IMG/VR virus record: IMGVR_UViG_3300042866_000291
Coordinates: 1 to 56,089 of that record
Strand: one strand, 5' to 3'
Source: a virus
Taxonomy: Duplodnaviria; Caudoviricetes
DNA length: 56,089 nucleotides
Made by a program: the position numbers and the translations under genes. The stretch's first letter is position 1. Each line of letters starts with the position of its first letter. Positions 44,172 to 53,200 of this stretch are shown here, one piece after another. The notes beneath the pieces were generated by a model, which was given only the letters and a program-made list of their open reading frames with translations, ran no database searches and had not been told where the DNA came from.

Positions 44172-47066
44172 ATGAGCCTTGTTGCACTAGCCAACCACAT
44201 CGCCAGTAAGGGCCGGGGCGACGACAAGATGCTCGTCCATATGACCCCTGGAGAAGTCCAAGGGTTGCAAGCCCTGGCTTTGGCGCACGGTGGGTCACTG
44301 ACGGTTAACCCTGAGACGGGTTTGGTAGAAGCCGGTTGGTTGAAGAAGCTCTTGCCCGCCATCGCTGGCTTTGCTTTGAACTTCATCGCCCCCGGTGTCG
44401 GTACTGCAATTGGCGCGGCGCTTGGTGGTTTGAGCGGCGCAGTTGGCAGCGCCATCGCAGTTGGCGGCATCACCGGCTTGGCCACAGGCAGTCTCAAGCA
44501 AGGCATCATGGCCGGTCTGGGCGCCTACGGTGGAGCTTCGTTGGCCAGTGGAATTGCAGGCGCTGCGGGCGCACAGGGCGTAGCTGGTGCTTTGGGTGTC
44601 GAAGGGGCCGCAACAGGCGCGGGTTCACAGGCGGCTATGCTGGCTGAACAGACCGCAGGTTTTGGATCTGAGGGGCTTCAGAAACTGGCTGAAAGTGCGG
44701 CGGTGGCCAAAGGTGCATCGCCGTCTCTGATCCCGGCCATGTCTGCGGGTATCCAGAACCTGGGTACCGCAGCAGGACGCTCTGCGTTCATGGAAGGTAT
44801 TGGTGGTCCCACGGCGCTGCGTAATGCCGCGCTCATGGCAGCGGCTCCGGTGATTGCTGACCAACTTGTTCCTACCACCACTCAGATGCCTTCCGGCGTT
44901 ACTGGCTTTAGCTACACGCCCCGCATTCGCCCGATGGCCTACAACCAGTACACGGGCGAACTGCAACAACTGCCGATGTTCTCAGCAATCAATAGGGGTC
45001 AGGGCCAGACTGCGTCGGCTCCTGCTCCAGCCCCTGCGCCGCAAGATGACCAGCAGCCTGGAGGCATGGCTTCCGGCGGTATCGTGGCGCTTGCCAACGG
45101 CGGCATGCCCAACATCAAGGAGTTCATGGACAAGACCGGTGCAGACTTTTTGACTGCGTCAGACATGCTCTACGGTGTCATTGGCTCAAACCAAGACACA
45201 CGTAACTGGAACTCCATCATGGCCGCGTCTGATCCGTTGGCTGCTGCACGACAAGCAACAAACGCTATGTATGGCGGTGTTCAGCAAAAAACAGTAAATG
45301 ACACGCCTATGCTGGTGCGGGGTAGCACCCCCGAAGGTATTAACCCGTTGCTGACATCCGGTGTGAGCAGAGCACAAAACTTTGGTATTGGGCTGACGGG
45401 TGGAGAGCAGTATTTGCTTTCGCCAGAACAGATTGCTGCGCTGAATCGCCCTGCAACTCCTGCTCCCGCACCACAGACATCTACGACGATAGACGTGCCG
45501 GAAGTTACTGAAGGATCGACGGTTACCGGCAGTACTGGGCAGGATCGTACCTACGGCGGCACAACTACGACGCCTACTTACACCGCGCCTGAACCTAAAG
45601 TCACGCAGGGTGCTGCATTCCAGCCCACGCCGCAGACGATGTCTCAGGTGCGCTCTGCCTACGAGCAGGGCGGTGGCGCAACGCGCATGCCGACCATCAC
45701 GGACATCACCCCGGGGCAGCGTACCTATACACAAAACGCTGTTGCGGACATGCTCACGCGGTACCTGCAAGGCAATCCCAACGCCACCTTTAACGAGGTA
45801 CTGGACTTTGCCAAGGCCAAGGGCATCCCCGAAATGCAGGCGCGTGCGGCCTACAACGAGTTCCGCTTTGCCAGCATGACGGGTGCCACTAAGTCCGCCT
45901 ACGACTATCTGATGGGGCGTGGCGACTACCCAGTCAACCAAGTGCTGTCGGGTAACGCGCCTCTGATGAAGCCTTACCTTGAGGCTTCTGGCATTTCCAC
46001 TGCGGGGGACTTCTACGGGCGTAAGACAATTCCGACAGATCCCACCCGACGCACTTCACAAGGCACAGACACAACCACTGGTGGCACGGGGAACGACACC
46101 GTTACTGGTGGCACTGGCGGCACTGGCGGAAGCACAGTGACAAACAGCGCCATTACAGGCGGCGGCACATCGACAACTGGCGGCGGAGTAACAACACTGG
46201 TGGGCGGTACAACCACTGGCGGTACAACCCTCAACACTGAGACGGGCGATACATATACCCCGCTGAGCGGCACGCCAATTACGGATGCGCTGTTTGGCAC
46301 GCAAGATACATCGAACGTCGAAGTGGTTGACCGCAGCACCTACACCGATTCTGCGATGAACGAGTTGCTGGCTAATGAAGCGGCGCTCAACGCAAGTCGA
46401 GCCGAAGTAGAAGACGTATTGAATGTCGAAAATATCGAGCGTGACATCTTGAATGATCAGATGGATGCCGCGCTTGTAGATGAGATCATGCGGGCTCGTG
46501 AAATGGAGTCTGTTGCAGCAGAAGATCAAGACATTCGCGATGCTCTGCTTGAACAGGCTGAACTCGACAATCAGCGCCGCATGGAACTGGACCAGATGTT
46601 GGAAGGCGCAAGCCAAGGCTACGACTGGAATGCGTGGGACGGCGAAGCTGCTGGTTATGATGGTGGTGGTGGTCGATACACCGCTGATGAAATGGCGCTG
46701 ATGGCTGGTATGCGCAAAGGTGGTCTTGCAGCTATTGCAGCCGCCGCAGCGCACGGCGGGAGGATTCAGCGTTACAACCTGGGTGGATACTCCGATGGCG
46801 GTCGCCTGTTGCGCGGCCCGGGTGATGGCGTCTCAGACAGCATCCCCGCCACGATTGGCAACCGGCAACCCGCGCGTCTGGCCGATGGTGAGTTCGTTAT
46901 CCCGGCACGTATCGTCTCTGAACTGGGCAACGGCTCGACCGAAGCAGGCGCTCGCAAACTCTACGCAATGATGGATCGGGTGCAGCGTGCTCGTTCCAAG
47001 ACGGTTGGTAAGGGCCGAAACAAGGTGGCCAAGAACACCCGCGCCGACCAACACCTACCCGCATAA
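44172..47066 (+). CDS. Internal virion/ejection protein
   Basis: GRGDDKMLVHMTPGEV...NPETGL.EA, hydrophobic Gly/Ala segment, C-terminal GPGDGVSDSIPA...LADGEFV. Confidence 0.7.
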   Translation: MSLVALANHIASKGRGDDKMLVHMTPGEVQGLQALALAHGGSLTVNPETGLVEAGWLKKLLPAIAGFALNFIAPGVGTAIGAALGGLSGAVGSAIAVGGITGLATGSLKQGIMAGLGAYGGASLASGIAGAAGAQGVAGALGVEGAATGAGSQAAMLAEQTAGFGSEGLQKLAESAAVAKGASPSLIPAMSAGIQNLGTAAGRSAFMEGIGGPTALRNAALMAAAPVIADQLVPTTTQMPSGVTGFSYTPRIRPMAYNQYTGELQQLPMFSAINRGQGQTASAPAPAPAPQDDQQPGGMASGGIVALANGGMPNIKEFMDKTGADFLTASDMLYGVIGSNQDTRNWNSIMAASDPLAAARQATNAMYGGVQQKTVNDTPMLVRGSTPEGINPLLTSGVSRAQNFGIGLTGGEQYLLSPEQIAALNRPATPAPAPQTSTTIDVPEVTEGSTVTGSTGQDRTYGGTTTTPTYTAPEPKVTQGAAFQPTPQTMSQVRSAYEQGGGATRMPTITDITPGQRTYTQNAVADMLTRYLQGNPNATFNEVLDFAKAKGIPEMQARAAYNEFRFASMTGATKSAYDYLMGRGDYPVNQVLSGNAPLMKPYLEASGISTAGDFYGRKTIPTDPTRRTSQGTDTTTGGTGNDTVTGGTGGTGGSTVTNSAITGGGTSTTGGGVTTLVGGTTTGGTTLNTETGDTYTPLSGTPITDALFGTQDTSNVEVVDRSTYTDSAMNELLANEAALNASRAEVEDVLNVENIERDILNDQMDAALVDEIMRAREMESVAAEDQDIRDALLEQAELDNQRRMELDQMLEGASQGYDWNAWDGEAAGYDGGGGRYTADEMALMAGMRKGGLAAIAAAAAHGGRIQRYNLGGYSDGGRLLRGPGDGVSDSIPATIGNRQPARLADGEFVIPARIVSELGNGSTEAGARKLYAMMDRVQRARSKTVGKGRNKVAKNTRADQHLPA

Positions 47067-47075
47067 GGACGCATC

Positions 47076-48539
47076 ATGGCTGATCCAGTCGTTCAACAAC
47101 AGCAGATCGAATACCAGACCGGCTTTGCGCCGCAGATCGCGCCCTATGCGGAGCGTCTGCTTGGTGGGGCGGAGAGCACGCTGTTTAATTATGCTCGCGA
47201 CGCTTCTGGTAGGGTCATTCTTGATGAGTCTGGGATGCCGCAGATTAGCGGCTTCAAACCCTACATGCAGTATCAAGGCGAGCGGTTTGCTCAATTCAGC
47301 CCACTGCAACAACAGGCGTTTGCCGGTGCGCAGGCCATGCAGGCCGCACCGCAATTGCGAGACGCCGCAAGCATGGCAGGCAGTGCCGGACTTCGTGCCT
47401 TGGCATATGACCAGTACAAGCCATCGCAGTTTGCCAACTTCTACAGCCCCGTCTCGTCGTATCAGCCAACCTCTTTCACGGCTCCAAGCGTCTCTACCCG
47501 TGATTTGACTACTTATCAGATGGGTCCGGCTGAGCGAGTGGCTACACAGTCTTTGACTCAGCCCGGTGCGGTTTCTTCCTATATGTCTCCGTACATGCAG
47601 GATGTGGTGGATATTGAGAAGCGCGAAGCTGCGCGGCAGTCTGCTATTGCGGCGCAGCAAGAAGCTGCGCAGTTTGCTCGCGCAGGAGCCTTTGGGGGCT
47701 CTCGTCAAGCCATCGTACAGGCCGAGCGCAATCGCAACTTGGCACAGCAGATGGGAGACATTCAGTCTCGTGGGTCGCAGGCGGCGTATCAACAGGCACA
47801 GCAGCAGTTCAACGCCGAACAGGCTGCGCGTCTGCAAGCACAACTTGCCAATCAGCAAGCCGGTATTACGACGGGTGGACAGAACTTGGCCGCTGCGCTG
47901 GGCGTCCAGCAACTGGGGTCACAGCAGTCCCTTCAAGCCAAACTGGCAGAACAGCAGGCGGCGCTCCAAGCGCAGCAGATGGCTGAGCAGTCTCGGCAGT
48001 TCGGCTACGGCAACCTGATGCAGCAGGCCGGACTTGGCGCTCAGTACAACCAAGCGGCGGCGCAGCTTGGCGAGCAGTCGCGCCAATACGGCGCAGGTCT
48101 GGGGCTTCAAGGGCTGCAAACCGCGCTTCAGTCTGCGCAGCAACTGGGCAATCTTGGCCAGACCGAGTTTGGTCAGAATCTTGCCGTCAACCAACTGCAA
48201 CAGCAGTATGGTGCACAACAGCAACAGCAGACGCAAAACATACTGAACTCACAGTATCAGGACTTCCTCAACGCACAGAACTACCCGTTCCGACAAATGG
48301 GCTTCATGTCGGACATCATCCGAGGTGTTCCGCTTACGCAGACCGGTACGTCGGTCTACGGACAAGCGCCTTCTACCGTGTCACAACTGGCTGGTTTGGG
48401 TACAGCCGCTATTGGGGCAAGCAAGCTCGGTCTGTTTGCCAAGGGCGGCAAGGTCAAAGACGCGCAGGATGTGGAGTATCGAGAGAAGCCCGCAGGTCTG
48501 GCTGATCTGGCCATCTACAACATGGGACGTGCAGCATGA
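47076..48539 (+). CDS. Internal virion/ejection protein (Q-rich)
   Basis: YMSPY...AGAFGGSR...Q/A-rich helices. Confidence 0.7.
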   Translation: MADPVVQQQQIEYQTGFAPQIAPYAERLLGGAESTLFNYARDASGRVILDESGMPQISGFKPYMQYQGERFAQFSPLQQQAFAGAQAMQAAPQLRDAASMAGSAGLRALAYDQYKPSQFANFYSPVSSYQPTSFTAPSVSTRDLTTYQMGPAERVATQSLTQPGAVSSYMSPYMQDVVDIEKREAARQSAIAAQQEAAQFARAGAFGGSRQAIVQAERNRNLAQQMGDIQSRGSQAAYQQAQQQFNAEQAARLQAQLANQQAGITTGGQNLAAALGVQQLGSQQSLQAKLAEQQAALQAQQMAEQSRQFGYGNLMQQAGLGAQYNQAAAQLGEQSRQYGAGLGLQGLQTALQSAQQLGNLGQTEFGQNLAVNQLQQQYGAQQQQQTQNILNSQYQDFLNAQNYPFRQMGFMSDIIRGVPLTQTGTSVYGQAPSTVSQLAGLGTAAIGASKLGLFAKGGKVKDAQDVEYREKPAGLADLAIYNMGRAA

Positions 48540-50134
48540 TCAACGTCAATCAGTTCACTGAGCAACTGCGCATGATGCCTGATCAGGCATTGCAGCGCGT
48601 GGCCATGATGTACAAGAACGACCCGTACATCCTGCCTTTGGTCGTGTCGGAAGACATGGCCCGCAAGAAGCTGCGCATGGCCGCACAGGCGCAGATGACG
48701 CAACCTCAGCCGAAGGTCGCTGATCAAGCCATCATGGCGATGGGGCAACAGTCCCAGCCAGCACCCGGTTTGCCCGCGCTTCGTGCGCCCAATATGGAGA
48801 CGATGGCAGACGGTGGAATCGCGGGTTACGCCGATGGTGGCGACATGGACTTTGCCAACCACAATGAGCCCGTCGTTCGTTACGCCGATGGTGGTACGGT
48901 TCAGCGATTCCAGCAGGGTGGCCAGCCGCGTTACCCGGGCATGATGCAATACCAAGGCGCTGGCGACACGCTTCTCCCCCGTACCACTGGCTACGAGGGG
49001 ATGTCCATCACGGAGTTCCTGTCCGCTGCCTATGATGACGTGAGCAGCGCCGTCAAGAAGTTGTACAACAAGCTGCCCAAGGAGTCATTGGCCCAGGTAG
49101 TGGCCGAAGATTTGGAGAAAAAGAAGCAGCGTAGCCGCAAAAACGAACCGCTGACTGAGCCCCCGCTGCTCAATGAGTACGGGGAGCCGTACACCCCAGA
49201 GCCCACGCCTACTAAGGCCGACACAGCGCTGCGCGACCCTGGGGAGAAAGAACCGACCAAGAAGAAGGAAACCCGCACGGCGGCAGATATGGTGCGTCAA
49301 CCCGCACCGCCTACGGCTCCCGTCGCACCGCCGCCTGCTCCGGCAGCGCCTATTCCGACTTACACAGCGCCTACCCCTGCGTCCACTGCCGAAGGTATTG
49401 CGGCGTTGTCCAAGGCGCCAAACGAAGAGACTTCCAGAGCCTTTGCCGAACTGCGCAAAATGTACGAGCCGGAAGAAAAAGAACTGGCTCAGCGTCGTGG
49501 TCAGCGTGGTGGCGAGGCGCTCCTTCGTGCTGGTCTGGCCATGATGAGCGGCACTTCTCCGCACGCTCTGGTGAACATCGGCAAGGGTGCTACCGAAGGT
49601 CTGAACGCCTACCAAGCTGCGCAAGCGGCGGACGATCAGGCAGCGCGTGCACTGCGTCAAGCCCAGATTACCATGCGGATGGCTGAGCGCCAGGAGCAGA
49701 TCGGTAATCGTCGCGATGCGGTCACGCTGTTTAGTCAGGCAGAGCAGCAAAAGCAGGTTGCGGCCAGTTCAGCCCAGCAAGCCGAGCAGATCAAGAACAC
49801 CCGGGATTATCAACAGGGTAGTTTGGACGTTATGCGGCAGAACGCTGCAAGTAACGCCAAGGTTGCACAGGCACGGATTAACGCGCTCAACCTGCCTGCA
49901 CAGGAAGCAAACCGCAAGATGGCCGAGTACGGCAAACTCCAGAAACAGGTCATGGCAGATCTGTCCAAGGATGTGACGTACATGACGGAGACTGATCCGG
50001 TCAAGAAGGAGCAGATTTTCCGTGCTCGCCTGAATATGGCGGTTGCCAACAACCCGTTCCTCGCTGACTTGCTATTTAGTGGCAAGCCCACCGGTAAAGT
50101 CCGTGACCTTACCGATGATGACGAAGAAGATTGA
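48536..50134 (+). CDS. Internal virion/ejection protein
   Basis: Repeated YADGG, LLRAGLAMM, coiled coils. Confidence 0.7.
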   Translation: MINVNQFTEQLRMMPDQALQRVAMMYKNDPYILPLVVSEDMARKKLRMAAQAQMTQPQPKVADQAIMAMGQQSQPAPGLPALRAPNMETMADGGIAGYADGGDMDFANHNEPVVRYADGGTVQRFQQGGQPRYPGMMQYQGAGDTLLPRTTGYEGMSITEFLSAAYDDVSSAVKKLYNKLPKESLAQVVAEDLEKKKQRSRKNEPLTEPPLLNEYGEPYTPEPTPTKADTALRDPGEKEPTKKKETRTAADMVRQPAPPTAPVAPPPAPAAPIPTYTAPTPASTAEGIAALSKAPNEETSRAFAELRKMYEPEEKELAQRRGQRGGEALLRAGLAMMSGTSPHALVNIGKGATEGLNAYQAAQAADDQAARALRQAQITMRMAERQEQIGNRRDAVTLFSQAEQQKQVAASSAQQAEQIKNTRDYQQGSLDVMRQNAASNAKVAQARINALNLPAQEANRKMAEYGKLQKQVMADLSKDVTYMTETDPVKKEQIFRARLNMAVANNPFLADLLFSGKPTGKVRDLTDDDEED

Positions 50135-50222
50135 ATCTGACAGAATAGGAAATACAGCGCCCCAGTCTGACCCGCTGGGGCGTTTGCGCATCTAGGGATG
50201 GGTCATCATTGACGGGATACGT

Positions 50223-53200
50223 ATGGCCAAATATCTGCCTCTGCCGGATGGTTCATCCTTGAAGGTGCCGGATCGGATGTCTTACATGGAGGCCATGCAA
50301 TTGGCCCGTGATAAGTTTCCCGAACTGTTTGAAGAGGCTAAGCCGAAGCCTGCCGAACCCACGGTAGGTGGCCAAGTCAAGGAATTCTTCAAAGGTCTGG
50401 CTCCCGGCGCTGTAGGACTGGTTGAGCAAGCCGCTGTCGGCGCATCCGCGCTACTGCCCGCCGAGCAAGAAGAAGCCGCCCGCAAGATCATCTCTGAGGG
50501 TGCCACCGCACTCAAGCGTCCATTCGCCGCCAAGGAAGGCTACGAAGACACAGTCGGACGCAAGTTCGGTGAAGCTGCGGGCTCTATTGTTCCCGTTATT
50601 GCTGCGCTGCCATTTGGCGCTCCCGGTATCGCCGCTGCTACCGCACTGGGTGTGGGTGCCGGTGCAGGTGAAGCCCGCACCAAGGCCGAGGTCGAAGGCG
50701 CGACGGAAGAACAACGCTCTCAAGCCACCGCGCTTGGCTCTTTGGTCGGTGCAACTGAAGTCTTTGCGCCCCTGCGCATCCTCAACCGCATAGCAGCACC
50801 TGCCAAGGCCGGGGCGGCTGCGGCCATCAAGCGTGCGTTTGTTGCCGGTGGTGAAGAGGCTGCTCAAGAAGCCGCGTCCCAGGCTGCACAGAACATGATT
50901 GCCAAGGGCATCTACAAGCCTGAGCAAGCGATCATCGAGCAGGTTGGCGAGAGCGCCGCCTATGGCGGTGCCGTGGGTGTCTTGGCACAGAGCCTGTTGG
51001 ACATGACGCTTGGCCGTCGCGCCCGTGGCCGCATGGCCGCAGAAGAACAGCGCGTAGCCCAGGAGCAGGCCCAAGCTGCCGCTGCCCAGGAAGAAGCCGC
51101 CAAGAATCAACCCGACGCTTTGATGGCGCTCGATACGCAGTATCAGCAGCTACTGGCTCGGAAAGAAGAACTCGATGCCCTGGCCATCAAGCCCAAGAAA
51201 GGGGCTACGCCGGAGGAAAAGCAGGCATATCAAGAGGCCAAGCAGAGCGCCTACGAGTTCACGCAGAACGAGTTCCTGCCTGTCCGCCAAGAGTGGGAAA
51301 AGCGCAAGGACGCTATCGAGGCACTGAAGGCTCAGCAGCCTGCTGCCGCTCCTGCACCCGAGGCAGCACCTGCCCCGGCTCCTGCACCCGAGCCCATCCC
51401 CGACGTGCAGCGCCTGATGGTTGAGCAGGACACGCTCAACCGTGAGCTTCAAGGGCTGCTGCCCCAGTTGCAGACCGCTGCTGCCGAAGGCCGCACGGAC
51501 GACTTCCGTTCGCTAAACGAACAACGTCAGCAACTCCAGCGTCGGATTGAGGCGCGTGCTGCCCTGATCGAAGAGCGTGGCGGTGTGGCCATCCCAGAGG
51601 CTGAGTTCCAGCAGCAGACTGCGGCCAAGATGTCGACCATCGACAGCACGATCACCAAGCTGCAAGAAGACTTCACCAAGGCGGCACAAGCCCAAGACTT
51701 CGACAAAGCCACCGACCTGGGTAACAAGCTCGATGCCGCCAAGAAGCAGCGCGACGCGCTCGTTGCCGATACTACTCGGCGCATGCAGGCGTTGCAGGAA
51801 AAGCAAGTTGGGCTTGAGCAGCGCGGGCAGACCCGTGAACTGTTTACGCCTGAAGAGGCGCCCGTCCCTGTTGCACAGAAGCCTGAAGAGGCCCTGTCTT
51901 TCGAGGTCAAGCCTGCGGCAGCAGCGCCTGCTGTAGAGGCTAAACCTACCGAAGTCGAGCAGCGTGCGGAAGCTCTGCGCAAGGCCACTGTGGCAGGCGT
52001 TTCTCCGAGCCGTATTCAAGAACTCCAAGATCAATTGCAGAGTTCGATCCCGATGCGGGATCGCACCGACGATCTGTTCAGCGGCATCAACGTGCTGCGC
52101 ACGGGCGTTTTGAACAACGACCCTGTGGCCATCCAGAAGGCGCTGAACATCATCGACATCCGCAAGAAAGAGGAGTTGGCCAAGACGCGGAAAGAGAAAG
52201 ATGAGGCTCAAGCACGCTTTGAGAAAGCGATGGCCGACCGCCTGAATGTGGCCGGTGAGAAAGTAACCCGTACCGCCACGCCTGAGCAGTACGACAGCGT
52301 GATGAACCAGATCATGACGCTGCGCAACAAGGTTGAGCAGCCGCAAAAGAACGCCAAGCGTTCGATCCTGCAAGAACTGGAAGAACTCGCCGCTGAGCAC
52401 GCCATGATCTCCAAGGCTTTGGAGACGGGCATCGCCTACAAGCCGTCCATGAAGGACAAGGTGGCGCAGTTGAACGCCACGCTAGGCAAGGCAGAGGCTG
52501 CGCCTGAGCAGCGCCCGATGACTCCACAAGAAAAAGGTGCGGCCAAGAAGCGTTTGGTTGCAGTGACCAACCGCTTCAACATGCTGAACGACACCAAGGT
52601 CGTTCCCATCAAGCGCCAGATCGACGATTTGTACAAGAGCCTGTACACCCGTGAAAAGGTGGAGGCGCCTGCTACGGAGCGTGCGGCTCGTACTGCTGAG
52701 CTTGAGCGTCGTGCTCGTATGTCTCAGCCGATTTCTCGTGCTGCGCAGACCGCTGCCCGTATCAAGCGTGGAGATGTGCGCAAAGAGGCCGAGACATCTG
52801 CGGAACTGCGCAAGCTGGCCATTGAGCTTGGCCGCGCTCAGGCCGAATACAAGAAGCTCGGCACCAACCTGAAGCGTCGTCTTGAGACACTGAAGGCTAA
52901 GTACGGCACAGAAGACAGCCGCGTCAACGAGTTCCGGGATGCAGCCAAGCTGGAGCTTGACCAGAAGGCTATGGCCCTGGGCAAAGCTACGCCAGAGTAC
53001 AAGGCCAAGCTGAACGAAAAGGTTGAGGTCATGCGCGAGGCGCTGAAGGAAACCAAGTTCAGCAAGCAAGAAGTCCCGTCCAAGCGCACGCCTCAAGTCA
53101 CTCGCAAGGTGTCGCAGGCTCCGCGTCGGTTTGTCTCAGGCACGCCGGAAAGCCGCAAGGCCACAGAAGCTGAGCAAGAGAGCTTCATCAAAGACATCGA

